A stretch of 64,000 bases of DNA from Octopus sinensis. Taxonomy: Eukaryota. A program made the position numbers and the translations under genes. The notes under the pieces were generated by a model. It ran no database searches and had not been told where the DNA came from. It worked only from the letters and a program-made list of their open reading frames with translations. Each line of letters starts with the position of its first letter. Within the stretch, counting starts at the first letter, position 1. Below are positions 28,091-41,790 of this stretch, in pieces. Location: contig NC_043001.1 of assembly GCF_006345805.1 (NCBI RefSeq), positions 8,556,001 through 8,620,000 of the forward strand. Reading direction: 5' to 3'.

Positions 28091-28383
28091 TTTTCAAGCC
28101 ATGCCTGGCTCATAAGGGCCGGTTTCCCGGTTTTCTTGGCATATAGGTTCCCCACCTGGACAGGACGCTAGTCCGTCGCAGGTGAGCTGCAACATGCAGA
28201 AGGAAAGAGTGAGAGAAAGTTATGGTGAAAGAGTCAGCAGATGTTCGCCATTACCTTCTGCCAGAGCTGCGTGGAGCTTAGGTGTTTCGCTCATAAACAC
28301 ACGCATCGCCCGGTCTGAGATTAGAACCCGCGATCCCTCGACCGCGAGTCCGCTGCTCTAACCACTAGGCCATGTGCCTCCAC
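28091..28383 (-). mobile_element. SINE with family B head and alternative (CCTGCGACGGAC...GAAACCGG) tail
   Basis: Head revcomp GGAGGCACATGGCCTAGTGGTTAG. Homologous to 34652-34892. Confidence 0.85.
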
Positions 28384-28500
28384 AAATTTTATTAGATATT
28401 CCACACGAAATAAACTTCATTGACCTGTTTAGTTCAACCTAAATAAACCACTGAAATAAGTCGCAATATAAGTAAAGTTAAAATATTTGAAGCTACCGCC

Positions 28501-28730
28501 TCGAGCCATGCCGTCTCAGAAGGGTCGGATTCCATAGCATATATATTCCCCACCAGAAAGGGACGCCGGTCCCTCGCAGGATTACTCACTGTTGCCAGCT
28601 GAGTGAACTAGAGCAACTTGAAAGGAAGTGTTATGCTCAAGAACACAACCGGTCGCCCGGTCCAGAATTCGAAACCACAAACTTACGGTCATGAGTTCAA
28701 CAGCCTAAACACTAAACCACGCGCCTCCAC
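28501..28730 (-). mobile_element. Related tRNA-derived SINE, diverged
   Basis: Head revcomp GGAGGCGCGTGGTTTAG. Tail similar to the 28091 copy. Confidence 0.7.
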
Positions 28731-30189
28731 TATGTCACGTTATACCACTGATACAAATATCTAGCATATTCCACGTTCATTTCTAATCAATTACATAGGA
28801 AAAAATGTTTTACCTTCTCCCTGAAGTTACAGACACAACTCACAAACCGCTACCATTTTTTGACCATCCCTACTTAGAGTGAAGGAAACTGTGAAGAAAC
28901 ACTTTAGATCTTTATCTTTTGAAACTAAACACTTTTGTAACTAAACACTTTCAAACATCGAACACCTGTAGAATGTATCATATAAAACATCTTTTACTCT
29001 TAGTATTTTTGAGAAAAACTTATATTTACGAAGTTATTTCACGTTAAAGTAGTCCTATTTCGGTAATTTCAACCACTCAATGACGTGTATTCAGCGGAAT
29101 AAAATTACTGCCGTTGTTTGTCAGCAACAACTATCGGCGATGTATTTTTCGTCAAAGGGCAAAGATCCAACTCTTTTATTCTGAGACTTTTATTCTGAAA
29201 ACCATTTACTATTCAGCTGTCTTGAGAGTTTCTTAGCACTAACTTCGCATCCTACGCGTTGTTTCTCATAGAATTCTATAATTAGCTTTCACTTTTAATA
29301 TCGAAATCTGCATGAATCCGTGTTACAGTGAGTTTAAAATTCTAATTGTAATTACTTCCACACTGGTATTTAATGATGCCTGATCCTCTTATTTGGTTTT
29401 CTACATTGCAATGCATATTGATTTATATATAAATGCATATATATCTAATATCTGTGTGAGTATGTTTGCGTGTGAATGTATGTGTGTAGGCTTGTATTTA
29501 TACATACACATTTGTGATTTTAAAAGTACATGGAATCCTCGGACAAATGGTTAGTTTAAATTGGCGTTAGGTTCGCTGATGAACAAAGATAAAACCTCTG
29601 AATGAACCATAATGATGACAATATTAATATGAAAATATGTGATTAGCAACGACAAAAGCGAAAGTATAACATATAGATATGATTATTACGGACTTTTCTG
29701 AATGATGCTGGTTTTTATCTTTATTATGTGTTATTAATGGTCGAGATAATGATCGGTCAGATCATGAAAGACAATCTAGTGCCTATTGTTTTCTCCACTG
29801 AGGAGAGATTTCAGACAAAAATTATTCTTATAGTCCAATATAATAAGTTAAACATTAAAAACTTTTTTTATTGTTAATCTCAACATTAAAAAGGAATTTT
29901 TACGCCATTATTTACAGCTACTCGTAGCAGTATTTTTGATAAAGTTTCAGCTGTAAATATGAAGTTTTATAGTTCAAAACATCTTTATTTTTATAAATCC
30001 TCAGTTATTATCTCCCTCAGTCATCTAAATAATGGATTAAATTGTATTTCCATGCAATTTATCACCAGACGACTTTCTCCATGAGGATCCTATCTGTAAC
30101 ATCTATTCAGAGAAGGCATTAAATAGATATACGGTTATAATTTTGCTTAAAAATTCAGTTTATTTATTGACTTTATTTAATTTTTTTTA

Positions 30190-30850
30190 GAGAAGTATGG
30201 CATTGAGCTGCATCGACCAGAGTCTATCACGTGCAGACACTGCATTGATCCTGTTAAAATAGAATTACGCCTTCGAGACTTGGACGGTTTACGAATGCCA
30301 CACCAAACCTCTGAACCGTTTTAACATGAACCGCTGTGAGAACGCTGTTAGAAAGATCCAAGCTAGACAGGGTCTCCAGCACGGAAGTCCTCTCTTGAGC
30401 TGATCTGCCAATGCTGATGAGAATGCAAGACAGGTAGCTATCCCACCTTGTTCTAATGCCTGATACGCGGCTCCGCAAGAGGCTGTTTTACAGTGAACTG
30501 ATGAAAGTGTAGCGTAGTCAGGGCAGACAGAAAAAAGGGATCAATGATAAAGAACTTTCCGATCAACCACAGACCATGGGAAACACAAGCACAAGACTAC
30601 TACTCTGCCTGAAGAAGCTGCACCAACAGAAGAATCTTCTCATCCGAACAGAGCACGATTTCAAGGGCTCAATGAAAACGCAGAATACGCCAGTCCAGAA
30701 CCGACTCATTCCTTTCACTCCCAACTGACCACCAATAGTCGACAGAGACTTGCAAGCACACATCGGACTAATCGGCCACAAGCGGACACACCATGCCCTT
30801 TCTACATCTCCCTTGTGCTGAACTTAGTTGTCGTCGACAGTGATGAAAGA
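30190..30850 (+). mobile_element. RTE (BovB-like) LINE 3' fragment, degenerate
   Basis: Plus-strand frames give YAFETWTVYECHTKPLNRF, STEVLS*ADLP, LSHLVLMPDTRLRKRLFYSEL, PWETQAQD and IGLIGHKRTH, all RTE-BovB C-terminal motifs. Confidence 0.8.
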
Positions 30851-31744
30851 ACTGATTACAGGATCAACTGAACGTTCATATTAGTAAGGTGAAATTTTCA
30901 GGACCTAAAGAACTTAATAATATTCTCTCACTTATATTGCAGGGCAGAATATTCATCGTGCTGGTGTAGCACCCATAAAATTAAGAGAACCTTAGAAAAT
31001 TAAAATATGTATTGAACAATTAATGGTAAACTCATATATTATGTAACTGCTTCCAGTCTTATGAGGGAGTTTCAGATAATTCTTAGTGTTATTATCTGTT
31101 TTCAGGAGTCCTTTCAGCATTGTGCTAACAATATAATTACAATGTAATTTGTCGGAAATTATAATGTATTATCAATGCTCGCCTCAATGATAATCTCTCA
31201 CAATTTATCTTATGAATAACAAGAAACCATTCCATGGCATCACACTATATTTGATCTCAATAAATCACTCTTGGGACTTAGAATGGAGACCGGTTTAATA
31301 AATATCAGATTTTCTGTAATTCATTATTCAATCGATTGGATAAATATGAACACTAAACTAAAGCAACTTCGAAAAAGTCGCGATACTCTATTTGTTCCAT
31401 TAACATTATTGTATTCCAAGAGCTGTGATTGTTATTTTTTATGAATCCATTCTCATATATTTCCGTTTTACTAAAGACATATATTAAATGAGAAACAATT
31501 CAATCATCAATTATAGATGTTTCTATATTTAATCATCAACTTCTGATTATGTCTATTTCAAGGTTAGAAAACTAATTCTATTTCTATAAGATCGGAATGA
31601 TATTTCGATTAAGAGACACAATGTATGCCATGATTCTTACTAAAATACCATGACAGTATCTGAAATATTTTCTGGTGTAGAACACCGCTTATTAGTCATT
31701 AAATCTCAACAAATTGACCTCAGTGTTTAGTGTATCAATTCCAT

Positions 31745-31975
31745 TTGCGAATGGCTAAGCTACATGGAGGTAAACAAACCACCACTGTTTGTGAAGCGGT
31801 AGCGGGATATCAACACACACAAATACGAGTGGTTTCTTTAAGTCTCTTTCTAGAAAATTCACTCGCAATGCTTTACTCGGGCGAGAGACGTTGTAGGAGA
31901 CCCTTGCCCAATGTGTCAAGCGGGGGGATTGAGCTCATGTGTTTGGGAAGCAAATCTCTGACCACGCAGCCACAA
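31745..31975 (-). mobile_element. SINE family C, degenerate
   Basis: Revcomp of the GTGGCTGCGTGGTCAGAGATTTGCTTCCCAAACAC head. Confidence 0.6.
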
Positions 31976-32539
31976 ATACCGCTTTAGTGAGATGCGAGGT
32001 AGGAGAAATTTATTTGTCGTTTTACTGCTCAGTTCTGCTTTAACTCATTACCTGCCATGGGACCCATTTGGGAATCCGCTAAAAGCAGTCTCACTTCCAG
32101 TTGCTCATTTTAGTAGTTAAAATTTGTCATTATTAGCTCTGGCCAATTCTAGAGGACATTTTAAGTCATAAATGTCAATTTTTTAACTACAAAAATATTG
32201 ACTGTTTTGAAGAGGTTATTGCTTTTGTTATTTTTGTATTTTGCATTCCCATTCATTGACATTTCCTACACATTTGCATTTGATACTATAGTTCCAAAAA
32301 AAAAAAAAATAACATGTTTATTGTTGCAATTGAATATAAAAGAAAAAATATGCTTTCCTTCAGCGATCTCAATTTTGGACTTCTCGAAAACTTCACAAAT
32401 GAAGAACATTTAAATGCTATATATTATTTTAACTCCCAAGACACCCCGCAAAGCGTAAAAACAGATGAATAAAAAGATTTGACAGTTAATGTGTACAAGA
32501 CAATTGCAAATCGGTGAGATCGCAGAATAATTATTGTTT

Positions 32540-32700
32540 CGGGCAAAATGTCTAATGATATTTTTACTGACATTTCGTGTTCTCAGTTCAAATTCTGCCG
32601 ATGTCGATTGTGCCTTTCATCAATTGGCGGTCGCTAACATGAGTACCAGTTCAAGAATGGAGTCGAATAAATCGACTTCTCCTTGCACCTAAAGTTTCTG
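32540..32700 (+). mobile_element. SINE family A, degenerate
   Basis: GTTCTCAGTTCAAATTCTGCCGATGTCGATTGTGCCTTTCATC core. Confidence 0.65.
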
Positions 32701-32961
32701 TTTTTTAGCCAATATTTAAAATTATGCAAATGCGCCGAACTGGCAGACTGATTACTATGCCGAAGATAAGCAAGAGGTTAGCAGCTTATCTGCCAAGTGT
32801 AAGTTTCGAGTTCAAATTCCACCGAGATTCACTTCGCATTCCATACGACAAAAGCAAAGGTGTATAAAAATATATTATTGGTGGTGCCTCCAGAATTGTT
32901 ACAAATTAGGAGAAAATAGCCAGAATTATTCATTCCGATTCCTCATGTCCCAAATTCAAAT

Positions 32962-33312
32962 GCGCAATGGACCAGTGTTTGGGGTAGCGGACTCGCGGTC
33001 ATTGGATCGCAGTTGATTCCCAGACAGGGCCTTGAGTGTTAATTGAGAGAAAACACTTAAAGCTCCACGAGCCACTGACATTGTGGCGAACCTTGCTGTA
33101 CTCTTTCACCACAATTTTCTCTCATTCTTTCTTCCTGTTTCTCTTGTACCTGTATTTCGAAGGGCTAGCTTCGTCTCACTCAATTTCTTCGAGAACTGCG
33201 TTAAGGGTATACATGTCTCTGGATTGCTCAGTCACATGTACGTTAATTTCACGAGCAAGCTGTTCCATTGATCGGATCAACTGGAACCGTACGTCATCGT
33301 AACTTACGGTGT
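32962..33312 (+). mobile_element. SINE family B, diverged
   Basis: Collinear with 20083-20462. Confidence 0.8.
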
Positions 33313-33334
33313 ACCGCGATTTAACTAGCTGTCG

Positions 33335-33405
33335 CTCTATGTATCTATGTATCTATCTGTCTATCTATCTATGTATCTATGTATCTATCTATCTATCTAT
33401 TTATA

Positions 33406-33478
<73 letters not shown>

Positions 33479-33480
33479 CT
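33335..33480. repeat. (TATC)n microsatellite without LINE insertion
   Basis: Tandem tetramers seen directly. Confidence 0.95.
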
Positions 33481-33999
33481 CTCCCTATATGTCTGTCTAT
33501 TTATCAATCCATCTATTTATCTACAAATTTCGGTTCTAACAATTAAGGTTTACATAATTGAAATGGCCCCATCCTTCGAATTACATGTATTGTTGCAAAA
33601 TCTGAAAGAATTATTCTTTTTTTTCTTTAATGCTTGATGACGATCCTTCAAAAACAAGTTCTCTCTAGAATATACGGTAAAAGTGCTAAACGATAAGGAG
33701 GATATCGAAGCTTCATGTAAACCTTGAAAGGTAACATCAATCACCAAGTTTAGATAGACAATTCACGTTTAAAATAACCTTTGGTTTTACTCCTTGCAGC
33801 GTTCGAATAGCAATTTCTGGAAACTCTGTATCCCTATATGGAATTGATTAAACCTCCACTGAAAATAATTCTTTATTATTAATTTGTGCGAATTATAAAC
33901 GGAATGACAGATGCTCACATGTATAGCTTTGTTTAAAGCAGCAGATCTTGGCCATTAATTTCATGGCTTTACCACTCGATTCTGCAAACATTCACATAC

Positions 34000-34009
34000 C
34001 TATCTATCC

Positions 34010-34099
<90 letters not shown>

Positions 34100-34115
34100 C
34101 ATCTATCTATCTACA
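34000..34115. repeat. (TATC)n microsatellite followed by (TA)n
   Basis: Tandem repeats seen directly. Confidence 0.95.
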
Positions 34116-34117
34116 TC

Positions 34118-34181
<64 letters not shown>

Positions 34182-34234
34182 GTAGACATATATATATTAT
34201 ATATATACATACATAAATATATACATATATATAC

Positions 34235-34265
<31 letters not shown>

Positions 34266-34597
34266 TGAGTGTGTGTGTGACTTGTATTGTTATATTGATA
34301 ATTAATACGCCATAGTGATTTTCATTATGTGAAGGTTTTTAAAGTTCTACTTAGTGGTTGGTCTATAAGCACAAATCAATATTAATTACATTTTGTTTTT
34401 AGGTTGGTGAAGATCCATATGAGTAAACCAACGTTTTTCTTGATAGTTTTATGTTGGTGAATACCTGTAAATAAAGAGTGCAACGTCTTTGTCTATTGCT
34501 TTCTCATTTGTACACTGTTATTTTCAGTACATTGACTGCAGATCTGTGCGCAGTAATTATGAATAAGGTTTTATGCAAACACATGCACGCACATTTA

Positions 34598-34646
<49 letters not shown>

Positions 34647-34651
34647 GGTTT

Positions 34652-34892
34652 GTTCCTTCTCGACTCAGGCCTGGCTCATAGGGCCTCTTCCCCGTTTCCT
34701 TGGCGTATAAGGTCCCCACCTGGACGGGACGCCTGTCCGTCGCAGGTGAGCTGCGAAATGCAGAAGGAAAGAGCGAGAGATAGTTGTGGTGAAAGAGTCA
34801 ACAGAAGTTCGCCATTACCTTCTGGTGGAGCCGCGTGGAGCTTAGGTGATTCGCTAATAAACGCACACCCGCGATCCCTCAACCGCGAGTCT
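34652..34892 (-). mobile_element. SINE, same subfamily as 28091-28383, 5' part deleted
   Basis: CCTGGCTCATAGGGCC...CCCACCTGGACGGGACGCC...GCAGGTGAGCTGC is shared. Confidence 0.8.
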
Positions 34893-34909
34893 GTGAATTC
34901 TTGGCAGAG

Positions 34910-36400
34910 AAAAAGGAGAAGAAGAAGAAGAAGAAGAAGAAGAAGAAGAAGAGGAATAAGTACGAAGAGGAGGACGAGAACAAGAAGAAAGAGGGAGTGC
35001 CATGGTAATAGTAGGATGTTAAATGGTCAAGTGCCTTGAAAGTGTGTCGTGGATGATGGTAATGATTGAATGATTGAGACATCACTTTTGAATTTTTTCT
35101 TTATAAAATATGCGTAGGTGTTATTCTAAACAGCAATAGTGGTAAAGATAAGAAGGGGTGGCGGAGAGGAACAAGGCGACCAAGAAGAAGGAGAAAGAGA
35201 AGGAAGAATATGAAGGAATGTAGGTGGTATGTTAGTAGTAGGATGATAAATAGTCAAGTAACCTAAAAGTAGCTCGTTGTGGATTATAGCAGTGATTGGA
35301 ACTGTTTTTAATGAATTCTTGGGTATCTCTTGAACGTATCATTTTTGATGTTTGCGTTATTCTAAGGCCGTGGTGGATATTTCGTTTGTTGCAGATATAT
35401 TCAAAAGGGGTCTGTATTTTGTAATAAAGAGGGTGGCTTTACTAATTCGTTGGCTACAGGTTGTTCCGTCCTTGAATTGGTAGAGGGGAAAAATTCTGAA
35501 GCTTGGAATCTTGTTATTGGCGTTGAGCTAGCTGAATGGTATTCTTCTATCTTTGGGAATTTTGATCTGGGATCTGTGCAGAGCCATTTTTGACGTAGAC
35601 TGTTTTGTTTGGCCTATATATTGCGCTTGGCACCCCGATCAGCTTAGTGCGTATATCAGATTCTCCGAAGCACTTGTGAAGCTGCTTTTCACTGTGAATC
35701 GTTGACCCTGTTTGGAGAACTCTGATCCCTCAATTAAATTGATGCACACCCCACAGTTAGGTCTTCCGCTTTTTATTTTTTCTGACTGCTTCTGTGTTGT
35801 TGAGCGTATTCGGTCTGTGCTAGGTGATTTTTCATAGATCTGGGTTGTCTCTTGCTTTTTATGATGGTGTGTGTTTGGAGGATTAAGTTCATTCTGGGGT
35901 CCTTTTTTAGCAGAGAAATATTTTGATGAATGGTGTCGAAGGCATTATTCTTAAAAGGGTTGTGTGTGATGTATGGTAGGGATTGTGTTTGTAAATCCTT
36001 CTTTAATTTGAGATAATTGAGTTCGTGGATGTTGAGGTGTATGGCACGTTGAAAGCATATGTCAATTAGTGAAGGTGGGTAGTTCCCGGTGATGAGTGTA
36101 TACTTTACTTCATGTAGTCGTGTGTCTCTGGCGTTTGCATTAGGAACTGTAGTATATATCCTTTTTATTAGTTTGAAGGGGATATACATTCTCATGTGTC
36201 TTGGGTGGCATGAGTTGAACGGTAGATATTGCTTGGAGTCTATGGGCATATAGTATATATCTATTCCTGTTACGCTTTTAGATTTCCTAATGAGGATGTC
36301 GAAGAAGGGAAATTGTTGATGGCTATATTCCATTGTGAATTGAATGTTTACGCCAAGTCTATTTATAAGTGCTTGGAATTATTTAAGTCTCTCTATACTT
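34910..36400 (-). mobile_element. Penelope-like retroelement, 5'-truncated (RT thumb + GIY-YIG)
   Basis: ORF 35773-36333 reads [29 protein letters not shown]. Downstream frames read KCGRPNCGVC...NLIYALS*SGCQAQYIGQTK...FRIFPLYQ (GIY-YIG with Cys/His knuckle). Confidence 0.9.
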
Positions 36401-36510
36401 TCATGCTAAAGAATGAAACATTCATGCAGGTATCGCTTCTAGTTATTTACTATGTAGATGATAAATGGGCCGCCGTATATATATATATATATGTATATGT
36501 GTGTGTGTGT

Positions 36511-36556
<46 letters not shown>

Positions 36557-36613
36557 ATATATATACATATATATGTATGTATGTGTATATATATATATAT
36601 CTATATATATTAT

Positions 36614-36678
<65 letters not shown>

Positions 36679-37052
36679 AATTAATATTAATCTCCCTAAG
36701 TGTAAAACATTATCAGGCCTTGCTTTTATATTCTCTTAGATAGAGACAGAATACTTAAAACACAACAAAATATCTCAGGAGGCAAATGAGACAGATATAT
36801 TCCAAAGACAAAGGACAATAAATGAAACTCTTACAAATCAATGCTTCTAAGAAACAATGCACTGTTTATTTTATCCAATCCACAGCGCCGCTTAATTACT
36901 CAATTAAGCCTGCAGGAGAGAACCAAAGAAAGCACGTATTAAAACGAGATTTCTGTTTTCTTTTCCTTTTCAGCTTCTACCGAATCTGTTTATTACCTGT
37001 TTATCTTGTTCGGAGGCAATGTCAGTCAGTAACGATAAATACATACACCAAC

Positions 37053-37442
37053 GTTGTGGAAGCACTCCGTCGGTTACGACGATGAGGGTTCCGATTGATC
37101 CGAATCAACGGAACAGCCTGCTCGTGAAATTAACGTGTAAGTGGCTGAGCACTCCACAGACACGTGTACCCTTAACGTAGTTCTCGGGGATATTCAGCGT
37201 GACACAGAGAGTGACAAGGCCGGCCTCTTGAAATACAGGTACAGCAGAAACAGGAAGTAAGAGTGAAAGAAAGTTGTGGTGAAAGAGTACAGCAGGGATC
37301 ACCACCATCCCCTGCCGGAGCCTCGTGGAGCTTTTAGGTGTTTTCGCTCAATAAACACTCACAACGCCAGGTCTGGGAATCGAAACCGCGATCGTATGAC
37401 CGCGAGTCCGCTGCCCTAACCACTGGGCCATTGCGCCTCCAC
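37053..37442 (-). mobile_element. SINE family B, full length
   Basis: Reverse complement of 20083-20462 with few differences. Confidence 0.9.
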
Positions 37443-37659
37443 ACACCAACATACACACATACACACATTGATATTACTTAAATATAGTTTAACAACTGCT
37501 AGGATACCGAATATTCTAAATTACTCTCACCCTTGTTATTGCTAACATATAAGATCATGTATTATTGAGTAATTCATTAGTAGTGTGTTAAGTTCTTTTT
37601 ATAAATAATTTGTCATCTAGAAACAGAAGCGCTGGTTATTATGCATACGTATAAAGCCA

Positions 37660-37996
37660 CGAGCTGGCAGAAACGTTAGCACGTCGGGCGAAATGCTTAG
37701 CGGAATTTCATGTCTTTACGTTCGAAGTTCAAATTCGAAGTCGACTATGCCTTTCATCCATTCGGGATCAATAAATTAAGTACCTCTTGCGTACAGGGGG
37801 CGATCGGATCGACTGGTCCCCTCCCTAAAAATTTCATTATGCTTAGAGTAGAAAAGAATCGTTAGCACGCCGGGCGAAATATTTAGCGAAATTTCGTCTG
37901 CTGCTACTTTTTGAGTTCAAATTCCGCATAGGTCGACTTTGCTTTCGTCCTTTCCGGGTCAATAAAATGAATGGCAGTTACGCACAGGGGTCTATA
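37660..37996 (+). mobile_element. Head-to-tail dimer of family A SINE
   Basis: Two CGTTAGCACG.CGGGCGAAAT units, at ~37674 and ~37860. Confidence 0.8.
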
Positions 37997-38092
37997 GTAG
38001 AAGACACTTGCCGAAGGTGCCACGGAGTAGGATTGAACCCGGATCCATGTGGTTGGTAAGCAAGCTACTTACCATACAGTCACTCCTGCGTC
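37996..38092 (-). mobile_element. SINE family C head
   Basis: Revcomp GCAGGAGTGACTGTATGGTAAGTAGCTTGCTTACCAACCACATGGATCCGGGTTCAATCC. Confidence 0.8.
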
Positions 38093-40486
38093 TTATATAA
38101 AGGAACAGTAATCAGGCCGCGCCCTTTAAACTTGCTGAGAATATCTCCAGAACTTTTGCTGCAACTTCAGATGCTAAAACTGAATGTGAATATTCGTTCT
38201 AGATTAAGAATATCAACGCTTATTCTCAAACCAGGTGTTTCACATCCAAGGTCAGAACTTCTCCTTAAAACCAGTGTGCTTTCAATTCAAACAACTACAT
38301 AATATGTATTTCAGTTTTGAACTAGTTTAGAATCCCTTTTCCACACTGTGATAACACTGTCACTGTTGTTTCATACAAACATATCATGAAAAATGGGATC
38401 TGACTTACACGCATAAAATCACATTTCTGCAATAAATGCAAACTCCAGTGGCCGTCCGTGCTCTCTCTAATTGCATGTTATTCTTTTTGCGTTACCCTTT
38501 ATGTTGTCTTAAACTCTACAAGCACTTTAATAGACCCAATACCCAATGCCTCTCTTCTGGTAATACCATTCTGGATTACTACACGCATGTAGTATATAGG
38601 TTTAATTGTAGCTTAATTCAAGCGCTGGCCATATTATCGTATTAATCTGATCACTCTCGAAGGACCTGCTAATGACATAAGCCCTTTTTCTGCCTCTGTT
38701 TCCAGCACGGGTGGTATTAAAAGGAAACACATGGGAGAAAATATGTGTTAACCCTCATTGTATGTAGCTGTGTTACTATTTTACATGCATTATGAAGAAT
38801 TCTTACGCAAATTGGTATTCTGAAAAAAGTTAACTGTATCATAACGATTCGCGCCGGGCCTCAAACTGCAAACATCCTGACTACTGCTCTATGCTCTGTG
38901 AATACTTTAAAGATTATAAGACGTGACGTAGACAGCTGCAACACGGAAAACGCAGCTGTGGCCAGCAAAAAGAAACACAGAAGGCATTCGGACTGCGTCA
39001 ACATTCTGGGCGTCATTCCCACATATTTAAGGAAGACTTTAAGTTCGATTTAGTTACTTGTGTAAAGCTACTGAAAACCGGTCGATTCTTGGTTGGAGAA
39101 CATTGCTTCTGGAAGATAGTTATGACAAGATTATTCGATATCTTCTAAAAACATTTAGCGCCTTTCCTTTCTTAAACACCACTAGTATTACTTAGGTAGA
39201 TACATTGGCAATCTACCTAGTGATATTGCATACGAATGAATATATCAATAACTAGATCTATGCAGCTGTGCATTATAGATATATCCAGTAATATTTTGGC
39301 GTCTCTGTATGCAGTTATATAAGAATACGTGTCCATATACAGCGTCTGTACACAACCATTTTGTGTGTTGAAATTCCTTGTGTGCAAAACGTAGAACTTA
39401 TTCTTCCGTTTAAAAAAATTGAAAATAGCATGACCATCCCCTGGTATTACTTTGATTATGCCTAGGGAATTTTGTTTGAAATTAGTTTAATAATTTAAAA
39501 AAAGTTTAATAATTAAAAAAGTTTCGGCAAAATTATTTTAATAAAGGGGAAACCAATTTGGACGTATCGTGCGCGTAAATGTCGTTTTGTAATAAATGCT
39601 AAGATGTATTAGAGCCACAAGTTTTATTACAAATTTTGAGTAGTAAGTCATGACACAAATCGTTGATACGAATTTTACTATACTATACACACATGCCTCT
39701 ATCTTACGTTTTAGAATTTTAAAATTTAATATTTTATAAGTATTTATAATATGACATACTAAAACATATATACGAAATTATGATATATCAATACTTTAAC
39801 ATATTCTGCTGATACGTAAGTAAAGAAAAAAAAATGAAACCGTATTGTTTCCAAAGCTTTCACTATTTGTATGCTCTTTTGAATAATTCAACTTGTCTAT
39901 TCGGTTTTATGTACATTATATTGTTTACAACTCGCCTAATGTTTTCGTATTGAAAGGATAATAATCATTTTATCTTTCTGTCATATCAATTCTTTATACA
40001 TAATATATTGCAAACGTACTATATACAAAGAAAACTAGTGCTTAAATAGGCTTTTGGTCTTTGATATTATATTCACAGAATATTCACGTGCAACGCACAA
40101 ACCAAATCGTAACACCATCAAAATACTTAAAACATTTAAACACAATTTTATAGTTTACACGTAAGCAGAAAATTTGCTGATGTTTATTTTTTTTATTTAC
40201 GTTACTAAGACTGATTCAAAATATTGAGAAACCGTGAGTATATATGTGTGTATATGTGTGTATGTGTTCGTGCGTGAGTGTGCATGTGCGTGTGCGTGTA
40301 TATGAACGCACGTCTATGCGTATATGCATATATTCGTGGGTATGCGTGTTTGTGCATATATATATGTGTGTGTGTATAGGCGCGTGTTCGTATATATATA
40401 TATATATATATATGTACGTGTACATATATATGCGTACGCATGCATGCGTATATATGTATATATGTGCGTATATGTATATATGTGCG

Positions 40487-40519
<33 letters not shown>

Positions 40520-40719
40520 GCATGCCGGCGTACGACTTTAAATACACAAGTACGCAGGCCTATATATTACTGCATACACACACATACACACACACATATT
40601 TATATGTATGTGCACGTGCGTATATCAGTATACACTTCTTTCTTTCTCTCCGATTCCTCAAACCACACTATCACATTAGCTACAGCACTAAACACATAGG
40701 TCTATTTATAGAAACTTGA

Positions 40720-41520
40720 CCATTCTTAGTATTCTTCCCTTCCGTCTTAAGGTTTACTACTCCCTTTAGAAACCCCTTCCTTTTTTTCTGTACCCATCTC
40801 TTAGTGCCATTCTAACATATCACCCAACCTGACACACCGCACGCATATCCATTACTTACGGTCTTATCTCTTCCTAGCCCTCCGCTACTATTCTCCCACT
40901 CACCCCATTATATCTTGTCCACAAAATAACACTCCCGTTTTCACATTTTTTCACTATCTTTTACTCGTTTCCTTTTCCCTCAATTTTTCTCATTTTTGTT
41001 CAACTTAACAGTTCCTCTTCCTTTTTACTTTCCTTCTTTTCTGACCTTTCCCTTTAACCTTACTCCTCATTTTCACATACACATCTCTTTTCTCCTCTCT
41101 ATCCACTTAATACAACCACGAAATTCTCACATTTTCATTCACACAACAAGTTAACTTTGGATGAACAGCACATGAAATTTACGTCTCCACAATTTCCATT
41201 TGTAATGAAAAATATGAATTACTACCACTTCAACACACCGCATTCCTTGGATAATAGACCTGCAACTACAACATTTTTATATATTTTTACTTTTATTTCT
41301 GCATTCATCCTCCTATTTCCCTATATACTCCTTATTTCCTGCCTTTTCCAAAATACCTCCTCATATTGTACTCCAATATTTCACTCTATTTAACCATGTC
41401 ACATCGTTTCTGATGAAGGGGTATCCCTAATATCCCAGAAATAGGTGTAGGATTAATTTACTCCTCATAGATGTCTTGATAATTCCACACAGTCTTGGCT
41501 TTATTCTCTCAATAATTTAA
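40720..41520 (+). mobile_element. Pyrimidine-rich Penelope-like 3'UTR/pLTR remnant
   Basis: T/C-rich strand ending in a hammerhead-like motif. The assignment is by composition and analogy only. Confidence 0.4.
41403..41455 (+). ncRNA. Degenerate type I hammerhead ribozyme motif
   Basis: CTGATGA-A-GGGGTAT/CCCTA/ATATCCC-A-GAAA-TAGGTGTA: core boxes and a 7-bp stem II are present, while stems I and III are decayed. Confidence 0.45.
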
Positions 41521-41559
41521 CATGTGTGTTTGTGTGTGTGTGTCTGTATTAGTGTGTGT

Positions 41560-41790
41560 GTGTGTTAGCGTGTATGTCTTTGCGTCCACGTCTGTACCCC
41601 CACCATCACTTGACAACCGATGTTGTTATGTTTTCGTCCGTGCAACTTAGCGGTTCGAGAAAAGAGAACGATAGAATAAGTACCAGGCTCACAAAGAATA
41701 AGTCCTTGGCTCAATTTGTTCGACTAACAGCAGTGCTCCAGGATGGCTGCAGTCAAATATTTGAAACAGGTAAAAGAATAAAAGAATATA
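41560..41790 (+). mobile_element. SINE family C body and tail
   Basis: CTTGACAACCGATG...CGGTTCGAGAAAAGAGAACGATAGAATAAGTACC...GAAACAGGTAAAAGAATAAAAGAAT. Confidence 0.8.
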
